Below, piece after piece: positions 48,250 through 57,661 of a stretch of 63,679 nt of DNA. The notes under the pieces are model-generated. The model was not told the origin of the DNA. It did not search any database and was given only the letters and a program-made list of their open reading frames with translations. A program made the translations under genes and the position numbers. Origin of the DNA: Candidatus Methanophagales archaeon (GTDB lineage Archaea; Halobacteriota; Syntropharchaeia; Alkanophagales; Methanospirareceae); contig JAFNKG010000006.1 of NCBI GenBank assembly GCA_017883965.1, forward strand, positions 1 through 63,679, read 5' to 3'. Every line of letters starts with the position of its first letter. Positions within the stretch are counted from its first letter, which is position 1.

Positions 48250-48789
48250 ATGGGTATAGAAATGGGAGTAGAAATGGGAAAGGAGGAGGAAGAAAGAACA
48301 AAAATAGCTGTAGAAGGAGGGGGGGTAAACCAGCAACAATTAGTGGTCTTCAAGCTCGGTGGCGAGGAATTCGGCGTTGACATCATGCAAGTCCGAGAGA
48401 TAATAAGAACAGGAGATATTACAGCGGTTCCAAACGCTCCTGTCTTCGTTAGGGGCGTGATAAATCTCAGAGGACAGATAACAACGATTATAGACCTGAG
48501 AAGAAAGTTAGGGTTGGCAGAGAGGGAAGCTGGTACTGATGACCAGCAAGAACGCGTAATCGTGGTTGAGGTGGACAAAAATACCGTCGGAATGGCTGTT
48601 GACGCCGTGACAGAGGTAACGTATCTCGCGGAAAGCGACATAGATGAAGTGCCTGACATGATAAAAGAGACTATCGGGACGGAGTATCTCAGGGGGGTAG
48701 GGAAACTGCCCAATAGACTGCTCATCCTGATAGACTTGAAGCGCGTGCTGCATGGAGAGAATATGGACGCCCTGCGACAATCCGCATAG
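48250..48789 (+). CDS. cheW: Chemotaxis adaptor CheW (copy 2)
   Basis: Near-identical to copy 1. Confidence 0.95.
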   Translation: MGIEMGVEMGKEEEERTKIAVEGGGVNQQQLVVFKLGGEEFGVDIMQVREIIRTGDITAVPNAPVFVRGVINLRGQITTIIDLRRKLGLAEREAGTDDQQERVIVVEVDKNTVGMAVDAVTEVTYLAESDIDEVPDMIKETIGTEYLRGVGKLPNRLLILIDLKRVLHGENMDALRQSA

Positions 48790-48842
48790 CAATACGAGAA
48801 ATCTCAAATACAGGTTAAAAATCAGACAGGAGGTGTAGGAAA

Positions 48843-49841
48843 GTGAAGTTCTCTTTGCCCGGGGATGACGGAGAGTGGAAAGAAGGAAAGTTGGTGCTCG
48901 AAAACGGTAGTTTATTCTTTGACACGCAGATGCCATCCGAGCTCGAACACCAGCGTCCCCCCAGTCCTATCCCTATCCCCGCACCTATAAGCAGTATAAT
49001 AGATGCAATATTAGGGAAAATAGGGCGAGGTAAGGAGGAAGAAACGGAGAAAAAAGGCTTCTTCGTTCCTATAAATAGCATAAGAGACGTGAAACAAGAG
49101 GATAATGGCATCCTGATGATAAAACACACTGACAACCAGAACATATCTACGGGAGAACCGGGGTCTGAGTCAGAATCAGAGCCACTGGTGGTCTCTACAA
49201 GGCTATCGGCAGACGAGAAGGTGCTGAACGAGGTGGAACGGGAGTTGATAACGAGCATAGATGCATACAAGTTCAACGTTTTCTTTACGCACGCAGGCGA
49301 AGGCGGTGTTCTATCAATGGAAAAGAACGTAGATCTCGAAAAAGGTGTTTTGAAGATTTCTACCGATGTGTTGTGGATAATCGGACAGAACAGTCTTAAG
49401 AGAATCGCATGGGACGACATAGTAAACGTGGAGCAGAAAAAAAGGGGTAGATTTAAAGGCACGGAATTTGGTGCAATCTCTTTTGACTATTTCGGTGAGG
49501 GAAGTGACGAGGTGATTTCCACTATCGTCATCACCCAGGGCACCACCATTGAGGTCTTAAAAAGACATGCCCTGGAACTGCTGAAGGAATATAAAGTAAG
49601 TGAAAAACTTCCGGACATGGAAAACCAGATACTGACAATGATGTATGCAGGTGCTTTAGACCTCTCCTCTTCCGCACTCGCAGCAACTGCTGAAGCCTTT
49701 GGGCTGAGCGAAGAAGAGCTGAAAAATCATTTGGAACACATGAGCGAGCTGGGCATAGTTGACTCGGCGGATCAAACACTGACGAAAAAAGGCATTAAAT
49801 ATGTGGTTGACCTCTCGAAAGATGGTACTTTCGGTGGTTAG
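48843..49841 (+). CDS. cheF: Archaeal chemotaxis adaptor CheF-like protein
   Basis: GEWKEGKLVL, HAGEGGV, EXQILTMMYAG and C-terminal wHTH; located between cheW and cheY. Confidence 0.75.
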   Translation: MKFSLPGDDGEWKEGKLVLENGSLFFDTQMPSELEHQRPPSPIPIPAPISSIIDAILGKIGRGKEEETEKKGFFVPINSIRDVKQEDNGILMIKHTDNQNISTGEPGSESESEPLVVSTRLSADEKVLNEVERELITSIDAYKFNVFFTHAGEGGVLSMEKNVDLEKGVLKISTDVLWIIGQNSLKRIAWDDIVNVEQKKRGRFKGTEFGAISFDYFGEGSDEVISTIVITQGTTIEVLKRHALELLKEYKVSEKLPDMENQILTMMYAGALDLSSSALAATAEAFGLSEEELKNHLEHMSELGIVDSADQTLTKKGIKYVVDLSKDGTFGG

Positions 49842-50058
49842 TCAGAGGAGGTGAAAGAAACCACGAGATTAACACAAGACCAGAAATCAGAGAATAGATA
49901 ACAGAAAACAGAATTCTGACTTCTGTTCTCTGACTTCTTGTATCTTCACAATTTCTCGTGAAAATTATGGGGCTCTGCCCCATGTCCCCGCAAGCCCTGA
50001 AAGGGCTTATGTGTAATCTTGTGGTTAATAAAGGAAAGGAGGTGAAATAGAAAGAGAA

Positions 50059-50421
50059 ATGGCGAAAATATTGATTGTTGACGATGCCGCTTTCATGCGG
50101 ATGATGTTGAAGAACATTTTGGGTTCGAACGGACACGAAGTTGTGGGCGAGGCAGCAGACGGGGTGCAATCAGTGGAAAAATACGAGCAGTTGAAGCCAG
50201 ACCTTGTAACAATGGACATAGTAATGCCGGTGATGGACGGTATCGAGGCTACAAGAGAGATTATGCAGAGCTACCCGGACGCAAAAATAGTAATGTGCAC
50301 CGCGGTTGGACAACAAGCAAAGGTGCTGGAAGCGATGAAAGCAGGTGCAAAAGGCTACATAATAAAACCTTTCCAGGCTCCGAAGGTAGTAGAGGAAATA
50401 GGAAAGGTATTGAGTTCTTGA
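50059..50421 (+). CDS. cheY: Response regulator CheY
   Basis: IVDDAAFMR, TMDIVMP, KPF. Confidence 0.95.
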   Translation: MAKILIVDDAAFMRMMLKNILGSNGHEVVGEAADGVQSVEKYEQLKPDLVTMDIVMPVMDGIEATREIMQSYPDAKIVMCTAVGQQAKVLEAMKAGAKGYIIKPFQAPKVVEEIGKVLSS

Positions 50422-50480
50422 TTAAACCACTTCGTGGAGAAGAGAAGCATTTTCGGAAAAGAAAACAGATGGGAGGAGAA

Positions 50481-51566
50481 ATGAGAGAAATAGGATACAA
50501 GAAGATAAAGGTGCTCGTGGTAGATGATTCTGCATTTATGCGTGTTCTTGTTTCAGACATGCTCAACGCCAGCCATGAAATAGGGGTGGTAGGCGTGGCA
50601 AAGGACGGCAGAGATGGTGTAGAACAGACGAAGGCACTTTCTCCTGACGTGATAACGATGGACGTCGAGATGCCAAAAATGAACGGCATCGAGGCGGTAA
50701 AGCATATAATGGCAGAAAAGCCGACGCCCGTTGTAATGCTAAGCGCCCTCACGAAGAGAAACGCAGACATTACGTTAGACGCACTGGCTAATGGCGCTTT
50801 TGACTTCGTCACAAAGCCTTCCGGCAGTCTATCTCTGGACATAGATAGAGTAAGGGGAGAACTTATATCGAAGATAAAAGGTGCTCATGCGTATGGCGGA
50901 AAAATTAGCGCCGGCATGAAACAACTTCAAGGTGTGAAGAGATCCAAAGCTCCAGCTCGTGATTATTCTATCTATACACGTGGACCGGCAGATAAGGGTA
51001 GAATAAGCAAAAAAGTGGTTGTTATCGGCTCTTCCACCGGGGGTCCGAAATCGCTTGACGAACTCTTTTCCGCACTTCCAGACGGCATCCCCGCCGGAAT
51101 GCTCGTGGTTCAGCACATGCCACCATATTTCACGAAATCGCTTGCAGAACGGCTTGACAGGAACTCCCCGGTTCACGTCCGGGAGGGAGAAGACGGAAAT
51201 ATGATAACCAACGGCTCTGCACTCGTCGTTCCCGGTGACTATCACATGACCGTAAATAGCGGTGGGGTACACCTTAACAAAGAAGCGCCAGTGAACGCCA
51301 TTAGACCTTCTGTTGACGTTACAATGCAATCTGTCGCTAAAACTTACGGCTCCAACACGATCGGCGTATTACTCACCGGTATGGGTAAAGATGGAGCAGA
51401 AGGAATGAAAACGATAAAAGACTGGGGTGGTAAAACGATAGTCTCTGATGAGAACACTTCTATAATCTTTGGTATGCCACAGGAGGCGATAAAGCTCGGC
51501 TGTGTGGATAAAATCGTTCCTTTATATGAAATCGCAGATGAAATCATGAAATTTTTAGGGAGTTGA
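50481..51566 (+). CDS. cheB: Protein-glutamate methylesterase CheB
   Basis: REC domain plus GSSTGGP, QHMP, GMGKDG; start at ATG 50481 after GGAGG. Confidence 0.95.
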   Translation: MREIGYKKIKVLVVDDSAFMRVLVSDMLNASHEIGVVGVAKDGRDGVEQTKALSPDVITMDVEMPKMNGIEAVKHIMAEKPTPVVMLSALTKRNADITLDALANGAFDFVTKPSGSLSLDIDRVRGELISKIKGAHAYGGKISAGMKQLQGVKRSKAPARDYSIYTRGPADKGRISKKVVVIGSSTGGPKSLDELFSALPDGIPAGMLVVQHMPPYFTKSLAERLDRNSPVHVREGEDGNMITNGSALVVPGDYHMTVNSGGVHLNKEAPVNAIRPSVDVTMQSVAKTYGSNTIGVLLTGMGKDGAEGMKTIKDWGGKTIVSDENTSIIFGMPQEAIKLGCVDKIVPLYEIADEIMKFLGS

Positions 51567-51571
51567 TCAAA

Positions 51572-53662
51572 ATGAGTTCCGATACTGACATTTCACAATA
51601 CCTGAATGTGTTTCTGGAAGAGACAAAAGAGCACTTACAGATGTTTACACAGGCTTTGATAGACCTCGAAGAGGCTGATGCTGAGCGTGCTGCCGAAGCG
51701 TTAAACAAGGCTTTTCGCGCCGCTCACACGATAAAGGGTATGGCAGCCTCAATGGACTTCAAGAACATGGAGCAGTTATGCCATTCCACGGAAGACTTGA
51801 TGGACGAGCTCAGGAGTGGCAGCCGCAGTGTAACGCCGGAAATAATTGACTTGCTATTGGTATGCTCCACGAAATTAGAAGAGCTGACCAGCAGTATTGA
51901 GGAAACCGGAAGCGACGACATTGACATCTCCTCGGTGATATTAGAGCTCAGGAGTTTTATGGCGGAGGAAAAGGAAGAAGAAAAAGAAGAGGAAGAAGGA
52001 AAAGCTGAAGCTGAAGCAGTGCAAAAAGAAAAAATCACAGTGCAAAAAGAATATGACAAAATAGAGAAGGAGGTGAGGGAAGGACGTAAAACATACGAGA
52101 TAAAAGTTTCATTGGACAAAAGTTGTGAGTTTAGAGCTGCAAGAAGTTTCTTAGCGTTACATAACCTTGCGGAAATTGGAGAAATTGTCAAAACGGTTCC
52201 ATCGCAGGATGATATAGAAAAAGAGAAGTTTGAGTTCGAATTCGAGGTGATTTTGGCGACTGACGCAAATGAAGATGCCGTGAAGAAGGCTCTCGCAGCG
52301 GTTGCAGACATAGAAAAAGTGGATATAAGCGAAGGGAAAGAAGAAGTAAGACCCGAAGCAGGAGCACGTGTTGCTGAAGAGGAAAAAGAAGTTTCGAAAT
52401 CAAAAGAGGTGAAGAGAAAGGATAAAGGAAAAGAAAAAGAGGATGCATTAAAGAGTGTTCGTATAAGCATAGATAAACTGGATACCGTAGTTAACTTCGT
52501 GGGCGAGCTCGTGATAAGCAAAGGCAGGCTTATCCAGATTGGCAAGGAGCACGAAATAGAAGAATTAAGTAGCACGATGGCTGTTGTCGAAAGAACGATA
52601 AGTGACTTGCAATACGAAGTGACGCAGATGAAGATGATTCCGGTGGAGAACGTGTTTAACAGATTTCCGAAGCTCGTTCGCGACCTTTACAGAGCGCAGG
52701 GGAAAGAGGTTGAATTCATAACCGAGGGAAAGGAGATAGAACTCGACAGGACTGTTCTGGACGAGATAGTGGACCCCGTAGTCCATTTGCTTAGAAACTC
52801 CGTTGATCATGGAATAGAGCTGCCGGAAGAGCGAGAAAGGAAAGGAAAAAGCAGAAAAGGCAGGATAAAGCTGGTTGCACAGCGTGAAACCGGACACGTA
52901 ACGATAAGCGTAGAGGACGACGGGAAGGGCTTAGATCCGGATAAACTAAAGGAGAAAGCGGTTAAGAGGGGACTCAAGTCTGCCGAAGAAGCTTCTAAGC
53001 TCACGGATGAGGACGCATTTAAACTCATCTTCATGTCCGGATTCAGCACGGCAGAAAAAACTACTGAGGTCTCAGGGCGCGGCGTAGGCATGGGTGTGGT
53101 GAAGACGAAGGTAGAAGCACTGGGTGGTCTTGTGGATATCCAGTCCAAAATGGATATGGGGACAAAAATAACGTTGAAGTTACCGCTTACCACCGCCATC
53201 ATTCAAGCACTGCTCGTGGACGTCAGCGATAAAATTTATGCCATCCCGTTAACAAATGTGAACGAGATTATAAGCGTGTTTAAGGACGATATAGAAACGA
53301 TACATGAGGCAAAGGTAACAATACTCCGTGGTTCCATATTACCACTTGTTATGCTGGAATCTATTTTTGGACTCTTTGCTAATCCTGGTAATGGTAATGG
53401 TGGTAATGGTAATGGTGGTAATGGCAATGGTGGTAATGGCAATGGCAACCGCAAACATAAGGATAAATTCGTTGTGGTTATCGTGGAAAGGAGCGAAGGT
53501 CGGATAGGTTTAGTTGTGGACGCTGCACTCGAAGAGCAGGAGATAGTGGTAAAGCCACCGGATGAACGTTTTAAGGATGTTACAGGGGTCGGCGGCTTCA
53601 CAATTCTCGGTGATGGTGGTGTCATCCCAATACTTGACGTCTCTACGTTAACTCTGGCTTGA
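51572..53662 (+). CDS. cheA: Histidine kinase CheA
   Basis: AHTIKG (Hpt), P2, HLLRNSVDHG, SGRGVGM, CheW-like domain. Confidence 0.96.
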   Translation: MSSDTDISQYLNVFLEETKEHLQMFTQALIDLEEADAERAAEALNKAFRAAHTIKGMAASMDFKNMEQLCHSTEDLMDELRSGSRSVTPEIIDLLLVCSTKLEELTSSIEETGSDDIDISSVILELRSFMAEEKEEEKEEEEGKAEAEAVQKEKITVQKEYDKIEKEVREGRKTYEIKVSLDKSCEFRAARSFLALHNLAEIGEIVKTVPSQDDIEKEKFEFEFEVILATDANEDAVKKALAAVADIEKVDISEGKEEVRPEAGARVAEEEKEVSKSKEVKRKDKGKEKEDALKSVRISIDKLDTVVNFVGELVISKGRLIQIGKEHEIEELSSTMAVVERTISDLQYEVTQMKMIPVENVFNRFPKLVRDLYRAQGKEVEFITEGKEIELDRTVLDEIVDPVVHLLRNSVDHGIELPEERERKGKSRKGRIKLVAQRETGHVTISVEDDGKGLDPDKLKEKAVKRGLKSAEEASKLTDEDAFKLIFMSGFSTAEKTTEVSGRGVGMGVVKTKVEALGGLVDIQSKMDMGTKITLKLPLTTAIIQALLVDVSDKIYAIPLTNVNEIISVFKDDIETIHEAKVTILRGSILPLVMLESIFGLFANPGNGNGGNGNGGNGNGGNGNGNRKHKDKFVVVIVERSEGRIGLVVDAALEEQEIVVKPPDERFKDVTGVGGFTILGDGGVIPILDVSTLTLA
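53387..53448 (+). repeat. In-frame Gly-Asn tandem repeat in cheA
   Basis: (GGTAATGGTAATGGT)-type 15-bp units encoding GNGNGGNGNGGNGNGGNGNGN. Confidence 0.9.
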
Positions 53663-53680
53663 TAAAAAAGGAGGAAAAAA

Positions 53681-54367
53681 ATGAATGAACTGGTAAAGAA
53701 AATGGATGGAGGAGAAAGGCAAGTGTTTGGGGAGTTAGTGCTCGAGTTAAACGATTTTCAGAAGGACGCACTCCGCGAACTTGGTAACATTGCGTCGTGT
53801 CATGCGGTAACGTCTCTGGCAGAGATGACGGGATTGACAATAGATATTGAAGTGCCAAGTGTGGAAGTCGTGTTGATAGAGAATGCGAAAAAACTGATAG
53901 AGGCAGAGAGAATAGTTGCGGGAATCTTCGTTCAGGTTGACGGCGGATTCTCCGGCTATTTACAGGTTCTGTTCCCTGAGCGAAGCGCTCTCAGTCTCGT
54001 TAATTTTCTCCTCTGCAGGATGCCCGGTGAGACGAAAAACATAGAAACAGAAATGGAGGAATCTGCGTTAATGGAAACGGGTAACATATTAGCTGGTTCG
54101 TTCTGTGATGCTATTGCGGACTTTCTTCACTTTTCGCTGATGCCATCTCCGCCCTCTTTTGCTTTTGATATGATGGGCGCAATGGTGGAAGACGCAATAA
54201 TAGCAGTAGTACAAGCACAAGAAACCGAGCACTTTATCCTGTTCAAATGCGATTTTCAGGGAGAAAACGAGAAAGGAATCTATGGCTATATCCTGCTGTT
54301 TCCACACCAGAACAGTCTAAGAGACATACTATCTTCGCTTGAGGTAGCAGCAGCAAGGGTGGAATAA
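53681..54367 (+). CDS. cheC: CheC phosphatase (copy 1)
   Basis: DALRELGNI and SALMETGNI. Confidence 0.92.
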   Translation: MNELVKKMDGGERQVFGELVLELNDFQKDALRELGNIASCHAVTSLAEMTGLTIDIEVPSVEVVLIENAKKLIEAERIVAGIFVQVDGGFSGYLQVLFPERSALSLVNFLLCRMPGETKNIETEMEESALMETGNILAGSFCDAIADFLHFSLMPSPPSFAFDMMGAMVEDAIIAVVQAQETEHFILFKCDFQGENEKGIYGYILLFPHQNSLRDILSSLEVAAARVE

Positions 54368-54433
54368 AATGGTTATGGTTATTGAGCGGACCGCTCTAAG
54401 TCGGAATGAGAAAGAAGATAAGGAGGAAAGAAA

Positions 54434-55090
54434 ATGAGCGAAAAAGAAGAAGATTGGGATGGGGATTTAGAGTTTGAGCTAAACGCTTTTCAGAAGGATG
54501 CACTCAATGAACTTGGTAACATAGCCTCGTGTCATGCGGTAACGTCCCTGGCAGAGATGACGGGAGTGACAATAGATATTGAAGTGCCAACTGTGGATAT
54601 AGTGTCAATAGAGGATACGGAAAAACTGATAGAGGCAGAGAAAATGGTTGCGGGAATCTTCGTCCAGATTGACGGCGGATTCTCCGGCTACTTACAGGTT
54701 CTGTTTCCAGAGAGAAGCGCGCTCCATCTCGTTGATATTCTCATGGGCAAAACGCCCGGGGAGACGAAAACCATAGCGACTGAAATGGAGGAATCAGCGG
54801 TAGTGGAAATAGGCAACATGCTCGCTTCTTCGTTCTGTGATGGCATAGCGGACTTTTTTCAGTTTTCTCTGATGCCATCTCCGCCCTCTTTTGCTTTTGA
54901 TATGATGGGCGCAATGGTGGAAAGCGCAATAATAGCAGTGGTACAAGCACAAGAAACTGAGCACGTCATTCTGTTCAGATGCGATTTTCAGGAGGAAACC
55001 GAGGGTGGAATCTACGGCTATATCCTGCTGTTTCCACACCCTGACAGTCTAAAAAATATGCTATCCATGCTTGAAGCGGAGGTAAGATAA
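54434..55090 (+). CDS. cheC: CheC phosphatase (copy 2)
   Basis: DALNELGNI and SAVVEIGNM. Confidence 0.92.
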   Translation: MSEKEEDWDGDLEFELNAFQKDALNELGNIASCHAVTSLAEMTGVTIDIEVPTVDIVSIEDTEKLIEAEKMVAGIFVQIDGGFSGYLQVLFPERSALHLVDILMGKTPGETKTIATEMEESAVVEIGNMLASSFCDGIADFFQFSLMPSPPSFAFDMMGAMVESAIIAVVQAQETEHVILFRCDFQEETEGGIYGYILLFPHPDSLKNMLSMLEAEVR

Positions 55091-55107
55091 GATAAAAGTG
55101 AGATGAA

Positions 55108-55749
55108 ATGAATGGTTATGGAGGAAAGAAAATGAATAAAAGAAAAGAAGTTGGGGATTTGGTGTTTGAACTAAACGCTTTTCAGAAGAATGCACTGAAT
55201 GAACTTGGTTACAGAGCCTCGCGTCATGCGGTAACGTCTCTGGCAGCGATGACAGGAGTGGCAATGAATATTGAAGTGCCAACCGTGGATGTAGTACCGC
55301 TGGAAGATGCGAAAAAACGGATAGATGCAGATAAAAGAGTTGCAGGACTCTTACTTCAGATTGACGGCGGATTCTCCGGCTACTTACAGGTTTTATTCCC
55401 GGAACTAAGCGCTTTCAGTCTCGTTGACATCCTCCTTGGCAGGATGCCCGGTGAGACGAAAAACATAGAAACAGAAATGGAGGAATCTGCGTTAATGGAA
55501 ACGGGAAACATATTAGCTGGTTCGTTCTGTGATGCCATTGCGGACTTTCTTCACTTTTCGCTGATGCCATCTCCGCCCTCTTTTGCTTTTGATATGATGG
55601 GCGCAATGGTGGAAAATGTAATAATGGCAGTGGCACAAGCACAAGAAACCGAGCACGGAATCTACGGCTATATCACGCTGTTTCCACAACACGACAGTCT
55701 AAAAAATATGCTATCCATGCTTGGCGGAAGTAAGATAAAAGTGAGATGA
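55108..55749 (+). CDS. cheC: CheC phosphatase (copy 3, first site altered)
   Basis: NALNELGYR and SALMETGNI; internal deletion. Confidence 0.88.
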   Translation: MNGYGGKKMNKRKEVGDLVFELNAFQKNALNELGYRASRHAVTSLAAMTGVAMNIEVPTVDVVPLEDAKKRIDADKRVAGLLLQIDGGFSGYLQVLFPELSAFSLVDILLGRMPGETKNIETEMEESALMETGNILAGSFCDAIADFLHFSLMPSPPSFAFDMMGAMVENVIMAVAQAQETEHGIYGYITLFPQHDSLKNMLSMLGGSKIKVR

Positions 55750-55750
55750 A

Positions 55751-56260
55751 ATGGCTGCTGAAAGATTTAACCCGGAATTAGAAGATGAGGTGGAAAAGCA
55801 ATATGCGGGTATCGGAGAAATGAAGATAGCGCATAATCCGGGCTTGCTAATAGTAATGGGAATTGGCTCTTGCATAGCACTTGCTCTTTACGACGGGTAT
55901 GTAAAAGTGGGAGGAATAGCACATATAATGCTTCCGGATAGTAGGGGCGGTAGGAGGACGAAAAAGAGCTGTAAGTTTGCAGACGTAGCTGTTCTTATAC
56001 TGTTAGAGGAAATGCTGCGACATGATGCTAAGAAGAAGCAGATAGTAGCGAAGATAGCAGGTGGTGCATCAATGTTCTCAGTGATGGACACACTACAGAT
56101 AGGAGAGAAGAACGCAATAGTAGTCAAAGAAGCGCTAAAGGAGGAGGGAATAAAGCTCGTCGCAGAGGACATCGGCGGGAATTATGCCCGGAGTGTAATT
56201 CTGGATACTTGCACTGGAGAATTGACAGTGAAGGCGAAAGGCGGGGTTAAAAGTATCTGA
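55751..56260 (+). CDS. cheD: Chemoreceptor glutamine deamidase CheD
   Basis: GIGSCIA, AHIMLP, AKIAGGASMF, EDIGG. Confidence 0.95.
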   Translation: MAAERFNPELEDEVEKQYAGIGEMKIAHNPGLLIVMGIGSCIALALYDGYVKVGGIAHIMLPDSRGGRRTKKSCKFADVAVLILLEEMLRHDAKKKQIVAKIAGGASMFSVMDTLQIGEKNAIVVKEALKEEGIKLVAEDIGGNYARSVILDTCTGELTVKAKGGVKSI

Positions 56261-56320
56261 CGATGATGCAAGTTCAAAAATTGCCAAAATCGAGAAATTG
56301 GAAACAGGAGGGGTTGTCTA

Positions 56321-57661
56321 ATGAAAAAACAGAAAAAAAGCAGAATTCTGGTAATGGCTATCCTCTTAGCTGCTGCTTGCTTTCTCACTTATTATTTTCA
56401 TCTGATACTCAAAACCGATGTTGTTTTTAGCCACTTCTTTTATGTCCCAATTATCTTAGCAGCAGTGTGGTGGAGAAGAAAAGGTGTAGTTGTGGCTATA
56501 TTTTTAGCGGCGTTGCTGATTTTCAGCCATTTTTTTATTAGATTGGGTGTGGAGGAAACTATTAATGATTTGATTAGCGCTCTTATGTTTATAGCTGTTG
56601 CCCTTGTGACTGCTATTTTATGTGAGAATATTGTAAAGTCGCATGAGGGGCTAAAAAAAGAGAAGATTTTTTCTTCAAATATAATCGCTACCGTCCCGGA
56701 TTCTTTGGTTGTTGTTGATAAAGATTTGAGGATAAAGAAAGCGAATCTAACCTTCTACAACGTATTTCAAACGGAACCAGAAAAGGTAATAGGCTGCTGC
56801 ATAACCGATATACTGGGGGATGAAGAAGGAAAACTCAGCACTGAACTGAATAAATTGCTTGGAACCAAAACTCCCGTAGAGAACCTTGAGCTGCAATATC
56901 AATCAGAAAAGCTGGGTGAACGGATATTCAATCTCTCAGCGAGAGGGATAATAGTTACAGAAGGAGAAGAGGAAGAAGGAGTATTGATTGTGATAGGAGA
57001 CATCAACGAGCGGAAGCGAACGGAAGAGCAAATTAAGACTTCGCTCAAAGAAAAAGAAGTGCTTCTGCAGGAGATTCACCACCGTGTCAAGAACAATTTG
57101 CAGCTCATTTCCAGTCTGCTCAAGCTTCAGTCTCGATATATCAAGGAGAAACAGGATGTTGAGATGTTCAAAGAGAGCCAGAACCTGATAAAATCTTTGG
57201 CTCTTATTCACGAGAGACTTTACCAGTCCAAAGACCTGGCGAACATTGATTTCAAAGGATACATCGAGAATCTGGTAAACAGCTTGTTTCGGTCTTATGG
57301 AATTGATAGAGATAAAATTGCACTGACGATAGATGTAAAGGATGTTTTGCTCGGAGTGGATGCCGCCATTCCCTGTGGATTGATCATCAATGAACTGGTT
57401 TCTAATTCCCTGAAGTACGCCTTTCCAGAAGGCAAAACAGGTGAAATTAACATATCTTTCCACCCAACCGATGAAAACGAGATTGAACTGGTATTCAGCG
57501 ATAACGGTGTCGGTATGCCGGAAGATTTGGATTTCAGAAATACTGAATCATTAGGTTTGCATCTGGTCACCATTTTAGCAGAAGATCAGCTTCAGGGTAA
57601 AATTGAACTAAATGGAACCGAAGGAACTAAATTTCAAATTAAATTTAGGGAGGAGAAATAA
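56321..57661 (+). CDS. Membrane PAS sensor histidine kinase (HisKA_2 type)
   Basis: Four TM segments, [26 protein letters not shown]. Confidence 0.92.
   Translation: MKKQKKSRILVMAILLAAACFLTYYFHLILKTDVVFSHFFYVPIILAAVWWRRKGVVVAIFLAALLIFSHFFIRLGVEETINDLISALMFIAVALVTAILCENIVKSHEGLKKEKIFSSNIIATVPDSLVVVDKDLRIKKANLTFYNVFQTEPEKVIGCCITDILGDEEGKLSTELNKLLGTKTPVENLELQYQSEKLGERIFNLSARGIIVTEGEEEEGVLIVIGDINERKRTEEQIKTSLKEKEVLLQEIHHRVKNNLQLISSLLKLQSRYIKEKQDVEMFKESQNLIKSLALIHERLYQSKDLANIDFKGYIENLVNSLFRSYGIDRDKIALTIDVKDVLLGVDAAIPCGLIINELVSNSLKYAFPEGKTGEINISFHPTDENEIELVFSDNGVGMPEDLDFRNTESLGLHLVTILAEDQLQGKIELNGTEGTKFQIKFREEK

Noticed and set aside
50295-50480. Long N-terminal extension of CheB
   Set aside because: Overlaps cheY; RBS and REC homology support a start at 50481.
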